From: Candidatus Stammera capleta
GTDB lineage: Bacteria; Pseudomonadota; Gammaproteobacteria; Enterobacterales; Enterobacteriaceae
Direction of reading: 5' to 3'
DNA length: 64,000 nucleotides
NCBI GenBank assembly: GCA_036689375.1
Contig: CP144808.1
Location: 20,927 to 84,926 of the forward strand
In this document: one piece after another, positions 38,045 to 52,011 of the stretch
Layout: each line of letters begins with the position of its first letter
How positions within the stretch are numbered: the first letter of the stretch is position 1
Program-made: the position numbers and the translations under genes
The notes under the pieces: generated by a model
What the model was told of the DNA's origin: nothing
Seen by the model: only the letters and a program-made list of their open reading frames with translations
Database searches by the model: none

Positions 38045-39229
38045 TTAAAATATTTTTGTTAATTTATTAAGTATATTTGATATATAAATATATATATTCA
38101 TATATATATATTCAAATATATATTGTATTTTATTTTTTACTTTAACATTTGTTAGTGATTTTAATAAAAAATGTTTTTGAATTTTATTATTTTTTTTAAA
38201 ATATATTTCTCCTATTATTTGATTTTTATATATTGGAGCTTTTAATATATTAAATATTTTGTAGTATATTTTTTTTTTTTTATTTTTATTTTTATTAAAT
38301 GTTACATATATATTTTTATTTATCCCTACTTTTATTTTATTTTTTTTTCCTAATCATATATTTTCATATTTTATTATTTTGTTTTTTAAAAATATTTTTT
38401 TTGTTTTAAAATTATTAAAACCTCATTCTAATAGTTTTTTTGCATATATATTTCTATCTTTTATTGATTTAGAACCTAAAATTACAACTATTAATCTTGT
38501 TTTTTTTTTTTTTGCTGATACAACTATATTATATTTAGCTAAATCTGTATGTCCTGTTTTTATTCCATCAATATTTAATTTTTTATTTCATAGTAAATCA
38601 TTTCTATTTTTTTGTTTTATATTATTAAATTTAAAAAATTTTTTTTTATATATTTTATATTCTTTAGGAAAATTTTTAATTAATTTTATACTTAATTTAG
38701 CTATATCTCTTGATGTTGTATATTGATTTATATCATCTAATCCATGTGAATTTTTAAAATTTGTATTTTTTAAATTCATTATTTTTGAATATTTATTCAT
38801 TAAATATGTAAATTTTTTTTCATTATTTGATATATGATTTGTAATAGCTATACATGCATCATTACCTGATATTATTATCATTCCTTTATTTAATTTATCT
38901 ATTTTAATTTTTTGGTTTTTATTTATAAACATTAAAGATGAATTTTTAAATATAGGATTTTTATATCATGAATTTTTTTTTATTAAAACTAAATCTTTTT
39001 TATTTATTTTTTTTTTTTTTATATAATCAGATACAATATAATTTGTCATTATTTTAGTTAAACTAGCTGGAGCTAGTTTTAGATCTGGATTTTTTTTTGC
39101 TAATATTTTATTTGAATAAAAATCTACAAGTATATATGATTTAGCATCTATTTTTATATTTTTGCTTTTTGAAATTGATATATTTAATAATAATAATATT
39201 ATTAAAATCATTTTTTTTATTTTTTTCAT
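38045..39229 (-). CDS. dacA: D-alanyl-D-alanine carboxypeptidase (PBP5/6 class)
   Basis: Signal-peptide-like N-terminus, SxxK (ASLTKIMT), SxN (SGNDA) and KTG (KTGHTD) motifs. Four in-frame TGA. Frame checked down to TAA 38045-38047. Lies downstream of rodA as in E. coli. Confidence 0.85.
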
Positions 39230-39230
39230 A

Positions 39231-40298
39231 TTATTTTTTTTTAGTTGACATAATTATTCCAAATATTGACATATTACTAATTAATGAAGTTCCTCCATAA
39301 CTAATTAATGGTAATGGTATTCCTACTACAGGTAATAATTCAATAATCATACCAATATTTATTAATATTTGTATTATAAAATTTATTATAAAATTTGATA
39401 TTAATATAGAATTATATATGTTATTATCATTTATTGATATTGAAATTAATTTTAAAATTAATATTATATATATTATTATTAAAAAACATATTCCTATAAA
39501 TCCGTGTTCTTCTGCTATTACAGTAAATATAAAATCTGTTTTATTTTCTGGTATAAATTTTAATTGTGATTGTGTTCCTTTAAATATTCCTTTTCCATAT
39601 TTTCCTCCAGAACCTATTGCTATTTTTGATTGATGTGTATGATATCCACTATTTTTTATATTTTTTTTATTATATTTTATTAATGTTAATATTCTTTTTT
39701 TTTGATAATTATGTAGTAAAAATTTTCATGATATTGGTATAGATAATATAAAAATTATAAATAAGAATAAAATTATTTTTTTGTTTATTCCATTTAAAAA
39801 AAATATAATTATTAAATTTAATAATATTAATATTGATGTTCCTAAATCTGGTTGTAAATATATTAAATAACTAGGAATAAGAGTTATTATAATAGGATAA
39901 ATTATATTATATATTGTTAATAAATGAATTTTACTAGTTATTTTATTTATAATTATTGGTATTATTATTTTTGTTATTTCTGATGGTTGAAATTTTATAA
40001 ATCCTAAATTTATTCATCTTTGAGCTCCTTTTATTATATATCCATTTATTAAAATTATTATTAATAAAATTATATTTATAAAATAAAATATTTCTATATT
40101 TTTTTTATAAAAATCTATTTCAAATTTTTTAATAATAATCATTATAATTATACTTAATATTATATGAAAAATTCTTTTAAATATTATATCTATATTTTGA
40201 TTATTAGCACTATATAATATTAATATACTATATAATAGTAATATTATTATACATATTAATATAGTTATATCTAGTTTTTTAAATATATTTTTAATCAT
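39231..40298 (-). CDS. mrdB: Peptidoglycan glycosyltransferase RodA (SEDS family)
   Basis: Polytopic membrane protein with GAQRW-INLG..FQPSEI.K and LPVVGIPLPLISYGGTS motifs. Overlaps the mrdA stop by 8 nt. Confidence 0.88.
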
Positions 40299-42069
40299 AT
40301 TTATTTATATTTTTCATAATAAAATCTGTTATTTTTTTCATAATTAATCCTATTTTTTGTTTTTTATTTCCTCCATGATCAAGTATTATTGTTATTGCAA
40401 ATTTTGGATTTTCATATGGTAAAAATGCATTCATTAAAATATGATCTTTAAATTTTTTTTTAATTTTATTATTTTTATATCTTTCATTATTTTTTATTGA
40501 TATTATTTGAGCTGTCCCTGATTTAGCTGCTATTTTATATTTTGTTCCTATAAAATATATATATGCAGTTCCATTTTTTTTATGAATTACTCCATACATT
40601 GCTTTTTTAATTATATCTCAATATTTTTTTTTTATATTATTTATTTTTTTTTCAAATGAATAATTTATTTTTTTATTATTTATTTTTTTTATTATATGAG
40701 GTTTTATTGATTTTCCATTATTTATTAATGTAACTAAAGCTTTGTTTATTTGAATAGGAGTAGCATTTAAATATCCTTGTCCTATTCCAATTGATATTGT
40801 ATCTCCTATATATCATTTTTTTTTAAAATTTTTATATTTTCATTTTTTATTTGGTAAAAAATTTTTTTTTTCGTTTGGTAAATCTATATTTGTTTTTTCT
40901 CCATATCCAAATAATTTTATTCATTTTGATATTTTTTCTATTCCTAAGCTATAAGATATTTGATAATAAAATATATCTGATGATTCTTCTATTGATTTAG
41001 TTATATTTACTAAACCATGTCCTCATTTATTTCAATCATAAAATATTTTTTTTGATTTTGGTATTTTCCATCATCCTGGATCAAGTATTTTTGAATTTTT
41101 TTTTATTATTTTTTTTTTTAATGCATATATAGCTATATATGGTTTTATTGTAGAAGCTGGAGGATATGTTAATTGTATTGTTTTATTTATTAATGGTTTA
41201 TTTTTATTTTTTAATATTTTTTTATATTCTTTATTATTTTTTTTTATAAAAATATTTGGGTTGTATCCAGGTATAGAGATTAAAGATAAAATTTCCCCAT
41301 TTTTACAATTACTTATTATTACTGAACATTGATTTTTTTTTAATAGATTATATATGAATTTTTGTAAATTTAAATCTATTGATAAAGTAATATTTTTTCC
41401 AGCTTTTTCTAATTTTATATATTTTTTTTTTATAGTATTATTTTTTCCATCTATTATTTTTTCTTTATATCCATTTTTTCCATATAATATATTTTGATAA
41501 TATTTTTCTATTCCTGTTTTTCCTATATAATAGTTTTTTTTTTTTTTTATTACATAACCTATTACATGAGATAAAATATCTTTATATGGATAATATCTAT
41601 TATATTCACTTATTATTTTTATATTTGGAAATAATTTTTTGTATTTATAAAAAATATTTATTTCTTTTAATTTAAGTTTTTTATTTATTTTTATATTTTT
41701 ATATTTTTTTTTATTTTTAAATTTAATTATTATATCTTTAATTATTTTTTTTTTAAATAAAAATATATTTTTTATTTTTTTTATTTCTTTTTTTATATTT
41801 TTTATATTTTTTCTTTTTATTTCTAAAAAATATGTTTTTTTATTATATGCTATTGGTATTCCATTTTTATCGAAAATTCATCCTCTGTGTGGTATAATTG
41901 ATATTATTTTAGTGTAATTATTTTTTGCTAATATATTATAATATTTATTTTTAACTATTTGTAATATATATAAATTATATATTAAATATATTAAAAATAT
42001 TGATAATATTATAAATATTATTTTAAGTCTATTTAAAAATATTTTTTTTTTATTATTTAATAAATACAT
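40291..42069 (-). CDS. mrdA: Penicillin-binding protein 2 (elongation transpeptidase)
   Basis: YPPASTIKP (SxxK) and KSGTAQ. DPGW-WKIP, YDW-NKW-GHG and KKKW-YIGDTISIGIGQGY are collinear with E. coli PBP2. One frame throughout. Confidence 0.9.
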
Positions 42070-42203
42070 GTTAAATTATAAATTATAAATTATTAATTAT
42101 TTATTATAATTAAATTTATTAATAATAAAAAGTATAAATATTTATTTATGTAAAAATTATTTTATATATAATAAAATTATTTATAAATATATTAGGAATA
42201 TAT

Positions 42204-43865
42204 ATGTTTAAAAATCCTATTAAAACAAAAAGTTGATCTAATTTATTAAATCATTTTAAGTTAATTAAAAATATTAAAATGATAGATTTATTTAAAAAAA
42301 ATAAAAATAGATTTAAAGATTTTTCTTTAAATTTTAATAATTGTATTTTAGTTGATTATTCTAAAAATAGAATTATAGATAAAACAATTGATTTGTTTAT
42401 TGATTTATTAAATGAAATTAATTTTAAAGATTATATTTTTTCTATGTTAAATGGAGAAAAAATTAATTTTACAGAAAATAAATTTGTATTAAATTTTTTG
42501 TTAAGAGATATAAATAATATTTTTGTTAAAAATAATCCTTCTTTTTTTGATATTAAAAAAGATATTGATACTAATTTAAATAAAATTAAATTTTTTGTAG
42601 ATAAAATTAATAATTATTCTTGATTAGGTTTTTCTGGAAAAAAAATAAAAAATATTGTTAATATTGGTATAGGTGGGTCTGATCTTGGATCAAGAATGAT
42701 TATTAAATCTCTTTCATTATATAAATATAATAAATTTCAAAATAATTTTTTTGTTTCTAATATAGATTCTACAGATATAATTAATGTTTTAAATAATATT
42801 TCTCCAGAAGATACTATTTTTATAATATGTTCAAAAAGTTTTACTACTTTAGAAACTTTATTTAATGCTAATATTGCTAAAAAATGAGTTTTAGATTTTT
42901 TTAATAATAAAAAAAATTGTTTAAATAATCATTTTATTTTGGTTTCTAGTAATTTCAATGAGGCAATAAAATTTGGTGTTAATTCTAATAATATATTTAT
43001 TGTAGATGATTGAGTTGGTGGTCGTTATTCTTTTTGTTCAGCTTTTGGGTTACCTATAGCTATATATATAGGATTTGATAATTTTAAAAAAATATTACAT
43101 GGAGCTAATGATATGGATATTCATTTTTTTAATTCAAATTATAAGTTTAATATTCCTGTTATATTATCTATTTTGACAATTTGATATAATAATTTTTTTA
43201 ATTTTTCAAATGAAGCTATATTAGTATATAATGAAAATTTATCTCTTTTACCATTATATTTACAACAATTATTTATGGAATCTAATGGTAAATATGTTGA
43301 TTACAATGGTAATTATATTAATAATTATTATACGTCTCCTATTATTTTTGGAGGTAAAGGTACTGTTTCTCAACATTCTTTTTATCAATTATTACATCAA
43401 GGTACATATATAGTTCCTTGTGATTTTTTTATAGAATCTAATAATGTTAATTCTAATAATATAAATAATTCTAATTTAAAATTAGCTTCAAATTTAATAT
43501 CTCAATCTCAGTCTTTAGCTTTTGGAGATAGAGTTTTTAAAAATAGAAAGGATAATGTTTTTTTGAATAATTCTAATCTTTTTAGGTTTGTTAAATTTAA
43601 AGGTAATAGACCTAATAATGTTTTTTTAATAAAAAAAATTAATCCATATTCAATTGGAGCGATAATATCTATGTATGAACATAAAGTTTTTACACATGGT
43701 GTTATTTTAAATATATCTAGTTTTGATCAATGAGGAGTTGAATTAGGAAAAAAATTATTTAATTATATTTATCCATGTTTGAAATATAAAAATCATATTC
43801 AGAAAAAAATTTATTTAGATAGTTCTACATATAATTTAATAAAATATTTTAATAAAAATTTTTAA
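42204..43865 (+). CDS. pgi: Glucose-6-phosphate isomerase
   Basis: [49 protein letters not shown] and FDQW-GVELGK are collinear with Pgi. Six in-frame TGA. Confidence 0.93.
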
Positions 43866-43884
43866 TGTATGTTAGTATATTATT

Positions 43885-44145
43885 ATGTCTATAAAATCTT
43901 CAAAAAAAAGAGTTTTAATAAATAGATTTTGAAAAAAAATTAATTCTATAAAAAAATCTATTTTTAAAACTTATTTTAAAAAAGTATCTTTATCAATAAA
44001 AAATAAAGATAAAAAAAAATCTTTAATAGATTTTTGTATTTTTCAATCTATATCTGATAGACTAGCTTCTAGAAATATTTTATCTTTAAATAAAGTTTCT
44101 AGATATAAGTCAAATTTAATTAAATTAATTAATAATATTGATTAA
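43885..44145 (+). CDS. rpsT: 30S ribosomal protein S20
   Basis: MSIKSSKKRVL...SRYKSNLIKLIN resembles S20 (MANIKSAKKR...ARHKANLTAQIN). One in-frame TGA. Confidence 0.8.
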
Positions 44146-44896
44146 TTTTTATTATATATTTAATTATTTTACATATATTTTTTATAGATATATCATTTAT
44201 TCTTTTATTTAATATTTTTTTATATTTATTTTTTTTTTTTATAAATTTTTTTATATTATTTATTATTTTTTTATTTTTTTTAAAAAGAATATTATTTAAT
44301 ATATGTATAAATAATTTTATATTTTTTATTTTGTATTTATTATTATTAGATTTTAATTTTAAGAAAACTGAATTTACCTTTGGTATTGGATTAAAGTTTT
44401 TTTTTTTAATTGTTTTAAAAAAAATTATATTAAAGAAAGTATTTATTAGTATATTTGTTTTTGAATATTTTATATTTTTTTTGTTTATTTTTATATTTTC
44501 ATATAATTCTTTTTGAATCATTATATAAATATTTTTTATTCTTGATTGATTTTTTATAAGTTTAAATAATATTTTATGTGATATATAATATGGTATATTA
44601 CCTATTATATTTATTTTTTTTTTTTTATATATAGAAAAATTAAAATTTAATATATTTATATTTAGTATATTTATGTTTTTTATTTTTTTTTTTATTTTTT
44701 TTATTAATATTTCATCTATTTCTGTTCCAATAAAGTTTTTTGTATATTTTATTATTTCTTTGGTTAATTCTCCATTTCCGCATCCAATTTCTAAAAAATG
44801 TTCTTTTTTAGATGGTTTTATATATTTTATTATTTTTTTTATTATTTTTTTGTTTTTTATAAAGTTTTGTCCTATATCTTTATATATAATAGTCAT
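44129..44896 (-). CDS. rsmA: 16S rRNA (adenine1518/1519-N6)-dimethyltransferase
   Basis: GQNFI, the SAM site LEIGCGNGELT and the GNIPYYIS motif in an uninterrupted 255 aa ORF. Confidence 0.88.
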   Translation of the reverse strand: MTIIYKDIGQNFIKNKKIIKKIIKYIKPSKKEHFLEIGCGNGELTKEIIKYTKNFIGTEIDEILIKKIKKKIKNINILNINILNFNFSIYKKKKINIIGNIPYYISHKILFKLIKNQSRIKNIYIMIQKELYENIKINKKNIKYSKTNILINTFFNIIFFKTIKKKNFNPIPKVNSVFLKLKSNNNKYKIKNIKLFIHILNNILFKKNKKIINNIKKFIKKKNKYKKILNKRINDISIKNICKIIKYIIKINQYY

Positions 44897-44897
44897 G

Positions 44898-44921
44898 TTA
44901 TTATTATTATTATTATTATTA
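44898..44921. repeat. (TTA)8 trinucleotide microsatellite immediately upstream of the rsmA start codon
   Basis: Eight perfect TTA units were read directly, starting one base after the rsmA ATG (plus-strand CAT at 44894-44896). Confidence 0.9.
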
Positions 44922-45170
44922 TTTTAATTATTAGATTTATATTATAATTTATAATAAATTTATTATTATATATTTTTTAATTTTATATTATAATTTTATG
45001 AGAAAATTTTTTAAGTTTTTATTTTATAGTATTGGTATTTTTATTTTTATTTTTTTTTATTTTTTATTTAAATTTATTTTTATATTTTTTTTATTTTTAT
45101 TTCGTTGTTAATTTAGTTTATTAATATTTTTTTATAAATATTATTATTTTTTTATAAAGTTTTATTTTAT

Positions 45171-45980
45171 ATGTTAATGAAAATTTTTAATTACTTTTTT
45201 AGTAAAAATAATTTTTTTTTAAGTTTTTGTTATCAATATTTAATACATAAATATATTTTATATACATATATATTTATATTTTTAGTTTCTTTTATTGAAT
45301 CATTAGTTTTTATTGGTTTATGTATTCCAAGTAGTTTAATTATGTTATTTATAGGTTTTATGATAGGAAAAAAAAATATTAATTTTTATATTACATATTT
45401 TTTAGTAGTTTTAGGATGTTTTTTAGGAGATTTAGTTTCTTATATTATAGGTGTTTTTTTTAGAGATTATTTTGTTTCTTTTGAAAAAAAATTTATTAAT
45501 AGAAATGTATTTTTTAAATATGTATTTTCTTATTTTAAAAATAATACATTTTTATTTATGTTATTAGGTAAATTTTTAGGTCCTTTAAAATCTTTTTTAT
45601 TATTTGTATCTGGAATGTTATTAATTCCTTTTAATGATATTGTTATTCCTAATTTTATTAGTATATCTGTTTGAGCTATATTATGTATAATTCCAGGTGC
45701 TTTTTCTGGAATAGCAATTAATATACCTAATAGTTGTATTTTTAATGTTTATTTATATATTTTTATATTTTTAATGTTTGTAAATATTTTTATGTTATAT
45801 AATTGATATATGTTTAATAATTTTGATTTTTATTATGTTTATTTAGATAAAAAAAAATTTGTTTATTTATATATTATTTTTTCATTAATGTTATTAAATA
45901 TTTTTTGAAATTTACAACGTCAATCTGTATTTTATATTTTTATTAAATTATTATATAGTTTATTTATTTTTAAATTATAA
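45171..45980 (+). CDS. yabI: DedA-family inner membrane protein (YabI-like)
   Basis: VSFIESLVFIGLCIPSS, GCFLGDLVSYIIG, LLGKFLGPLKSF and PNFISISVW-AILCIIPG are collinear with E. coli YabI. Three in-frame TGA. Confidence 0.7.
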
Positions 45981-45989
45981 ATTTTTTAT

Positions 45990-48764
45990 TTATATAAATT
46001 TTCTTTTTTCTCCTGATCCAATTGTATTTTTAATACATCTATTACATATATTTTCATTTTTTATTTTTATTTTTTTTACATAATGCCAACATCTATTACA
46101 TTTTGTTCCTTTAGTTTTTTTACATATTATTTTAAAAAAATTTTTTTTTATGTTTTCTTTTAATTTTTTTAGTTTTGTTTTTGATGTTAAAAAAAAATAT
46201 TTTAATTCGTTTTTAATTTTTTTAATTTTTGTAAAGAAATTTTTTTTTGTATATAGAATAATTTCTGTTTCTAATGATGAATTTATTTCTTTATTTATTT
46301 TTTTTATTTCTATTATTTTATTTAATTTATTTTTAATTAAAATTAATTTTTCTCATATTTTTTCATTTATTTTATTATTTTTATGCAAAAAAAATAATTT
46401 ATTAAATCATGTTTCATTATATAAATTTTTATTTTTTTTTCTAGGTAAATAATTTCAGATTTCTTCTGCAGTAAATGGTATTATTGGTGTTATTCATTTA
46501 GTTATTGATTCTAAAATCATTCATATTGTTGTTTGTACACTATAATAAGGTATAGTATTTTTTTTTATTGTATATTTTCTATCTTTTATTATATCTATAT
46601 ATAAAGAACTTAGATATTTTGTACAAAAAATATTTATTTTTTTTATTATTTTATTAAATTTAAATTTATTAAATAAGTTTATTATTTTATTTTGAGTTTT
46701 TTTTGTTTTATGTATTATTCATTTATCTATTAATAATATTTGTTTTTTTTTTATTGTTTTTTTTTGGGGGTTAAATTCATCTAAATTAGATACTAAAAAT
46801 TTTATTGTATTTCTTATTTTTCTATATAATTCTACAGTTCTTAATATTATTTCATTAGAAATATGTATTTCATTTTTAAATTTTGTAGATGCTACTCATA
46901 ATCTTAATATATCAGCACCAAATTTATTTATAATATTTTTTGGATTTATTGTATTTTTTAATGATTTAGACATTTTTTTTCCATTTTTATCAACTATAAA
47001 TCCATGTGATATTATTTGTTTAAATGGTGCACAATTATTAATTGCTACATTTATAATTAATGATGACATAAATCATCCTCTGTATTGATCCGATCCTTCT
47101 AAATATAAATCGCTTATATTTTTTTTTTTAAATTTTGGATTAATTATTGAAAAACATGTAGCTCCGGAATCAAATCATATATCTAGTACATCAGTTATTT
47201 TATAGTATTCATTATATTTTTTTTTTAGTATTTTTTTAGTTGATGTATTGAATCAATAATTTATTCCATTTTTTTTTATTTTTTTTATTATTTTATTTAT
47301 TATGTTTATTGTATTTGGATGTATTTTTTTGTTTTTTTTATTTATAAATAATATTATTGGTGTTCCTCATTTTCTTTGTCTTGATATACATCAATCAGGT
47401 CTTTTTATTATCATTTCTTTTATTTTTTTATATCCTCAGGATGGATTCCATTTTACATTTTTAATTGATTTAAGTATATTTTTTTTTAATTTATTATTTA
47501 TTTTTATAAATAATTGTGGTGTTGATCTTATTATTATAGGTGTTTTATGTCTTCAGCAATGAGGATATTTGTGTATTATTTTTTCTTCTAGGATTATTTT
47601 ATTTTTTTTTTTTAGTTCTTTAATTATTATTTTTTCTGATTCATATATATTACAATTATATATATTTTTTATAAAATTATATTTTATATAATTTCCTTTT
47701 TCATTTATTACATTTATTCCTTTTAGATTATTTTTTTTAGATATTAAATAGTCTTCTTCTCCATGTTCTGATGCTATATGTACTATTCCTGTTCCAGTAT
47801 TTATTTTAATTTTTTTATTTAAGATTATTGGTATTTTTTTATTTGATATAGGATGATTTACTAAAATATTATTTAATTTTTTTCCGTTTATTTCTTTAAT
47901 TATTTTTATTTTATTTTTATTAAATATTTTTTTTATATTATTTTTTATAATTATATATATTTTTTTATTAAATTCTATAATTGAATATAAATAGTTTGGA
48001 TGTATTGATATGGCACAATTTCCAGGTATTGTTCATGCTGTAGTTGTTCATATTATTAAGTTTATTTTTTTATTTTTTATTTTTTTAAATATATTATATT
48101 TTTTTATATTTTTTATTGTAAAACATACATATATTGATTTTGATTTTTTATTTAAATATTCTGTTTCTGCATCGGATAAAGATGATTTGCAATTTATACA
48201 TCAGTTTATTGGTTTATTTTTGTATTTTATTAAATTAAGTTTTATTATTTTTTTAAATACTATTATTGTATTAATAATAGTTGATGTATTCATTGTTTTA
48301 TAATAATTTTTTCAGTCTGCAAATATTCCTAATCTTATAAAATCTTTTTTTTGTTTATTAATTTGTATATTTGCATATTCGAAACATTTTTTTTTAAATT
48401 CATTTTTTTTATTTTTAAAATTTGTTTTTTTTTGTATTTCTAATTCTATTGGTAATCCATGACAATCCCATCCTGGTATGTATTGTATATTATAATTCAT
48501 TAGGTTTTTATATTTTAATATTATATCTTTTAATATTTTATTAAAAGCATGTCCTATATGTATTTCTCCATTAGCATATGGAGGACCATCATGGATAATA
48601 AATTTATTTTTATATTTTTTTTTTTTTTTTATTTCTATATATATATTTTTTTTTTTTCATTTTTTTATTATTTGTGGTTCTTTTATATTTAAATTTGCTT
48701 TCATTGGAAAATTTATTTTTGGCAAATTTATATTATATTTATAATTTATGTTTTTTTTTTTCAT
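45990..48764 (-). CDS. ileS: Isoleucine--tRNA ligase
   Basis: [35 protein letters not shown] and the C-terminal zinc knuckle CNRCWHY...[13 protein letters not shown] match IleRS. The middle part was read by eye only. Confidence 0.88.
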
Positions 48765-48927
48765 ATTTATTAAAATTATTTAAAATAAAAAAATTAAAGT
48801 TATTATTATTATAGTTTTTTTTTATAAAATATTAAATTGTATATTTAAAATTTGTTTTAAAAATATTTATATATTTTAGTTGATATTTTTATGTATGTAC
48901 ACATATATGATTTATATATAGTATTAA

Positions 48928-50850
<1,923 letters not shown>

Positions 50851-50877
50851 TATTTATATTTTATATAAGGTTTATAA

Positions 50878-52011
50878 ATGAATAAAAAAGATTATTATGA
50901 AATATTAGGTATACATAAATCTGCTACTGATATAGATATAAAAAAAGCATATAAACGTCTAGCTATAAGATATCACCCTGATAGAAATAAGGGTGATAAA
51001 TCTTGTGAAGAAAAATTTAAAAAAATAAAAGAAGCTTATGAAATTTTAAGTAATAAAAAAAAAAGATCTATGTATGACCAGTATGGTCATACTGCTTTTA
51101 ATCAAAATAGTGGATATAGTGATTTTACTTCTAGTTTTAGTTCTTCTGTAGATTTTGGTGATATTTTTGGTGATGTTTTTGGTGATATATTTGGATCTAG
51201 AAAATCTAAATCTAAAAAAAATGTTGGAAGTGATATTTATTATAATATAGATTTGACTTTAGAAGAAGTTTTAAAAGGTATTTCTAAAGAAATAAAAGTT
51301 TTTATAATGCAAAAATGTAGTATTTGTAAAGGTAATGGTTGTAGACCTGGAACTAATCGTAAATTATGTAATGTATGTAGTGGTAATGGTAATATAAAAA
51401 CAAGTCAGGGATTTTTTACAATACAGCAAACTTGTCCTAATTGTAATGGTGAATGTTATATAATTAAAAATGTTTGTTATATATGTAGAGGTTCTGGAAC
51501 TGAAAAATCTTTGAAAAAATTTTTTGTTAAAATCCCATGTGGAGTTAAAAATAATGATCAAATAAGAATTTCTGGTAAAGGTAATTATGGTGGTGTAAAT
51601 TCTATACCTGGTGATTTATATATAAAGGTTAAAGTAAAAAAACATAATATATTTAGTAGAGATAAAAATGATCTTTATTGTGAAGTTCCTATAAATTTTT
51701 CAATGGCTGCTTTAGGTGGAATAATAGAGATTCCTACTTTAGAAAATAAAATAAGAATAAAAATTCCTGCAGAAACTCAAACAGGTAAATTATTTCGTAT
51801 AAAAAATAAAGGTATAAAATCATATAATAGTAATATTTATGGTGATTTGTTATGTAAAATATTAATTGAAACTCCTGTTAATTTAAATGAATATCAAAAA
51901 AAATTATTGTATGATTTTGGGGTTAGTATATCATCTTCTAATAATAAAAATAGTCCTAGATATAAAAATTTTTTTAATAATATTAAAAAATTTTTTAATT
52001 ATTTTAATTAA
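50878..52011 (+). CDS. dnaJ: Chaperone DnaJ
   Basis: J domain with HPD (RYHPDRN), a G/F region and four CxxCxG zinc-finger repeats. 377 aa. Confidence 0.95.
   Translation: MNKKDYYEILGIHKSATDIDIKKAYKRLAIRYHPDRNKGDKSCEEKFKKIKEAYEILSNKKKRSMYDQYGHTAFNQNSGYSDFTSSFSSSVDFGDIFGDVFGDIFGSRKSKSKKNVGSDIYYNIDLTLEEVLKGISKEIKVFIMQKCSICKGNGCRPGTNRKLCNVCSGNGNIKTSQGFFTIQQTCPNCNGECYIIKNVCYICRGSGTEKSLKKFFVKIPCGVKNNDQIRISGKGNYGGVNSIPGDLYIKVKVKKHNIFSRDKNDLYCEVPINFSMAALGGIIEIPTLENKIRIKIPAETQTGKLFRIKNKGIKSYNSNIYGDLLCKILIETPVNLNEYQKKLLYDFGVSISSSNNKNSPRYKNFFNNIKKFFNYFN

Noticed and set aside
38379-39633. Plus-strand ORFs 38379-38726 and 39418-39633.
   Set aside because: They are antisense to dacA and rodA, whose motifs are unambiguous. 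The translations are Phe/Ile/Leu-rich, typical of a T-rich antisense strand.
43231-43413. 60 aa ORF overlapping pgi in another frame.
   Set aside because: It lies out of frame inside the well-supported pgi CDS and has a low-complexity translation.
44331-44927. Plus-strand ORFs 44331-44516 and 44673-44927, the latter ending in a poly-Leu run.
   Set aside because: They are antisense to rsmA. The poly-Leu tail is simply the (TTA)8 microsatellite read in frame.
46150-48303. Plus-strand ORFs 46150-46452, 47302-47562 and 48010-48303.
   Set aside because: They are antisense to ileS, which reads through this whole region with HIGH, KMSKS and zinc-knuckle motifs.
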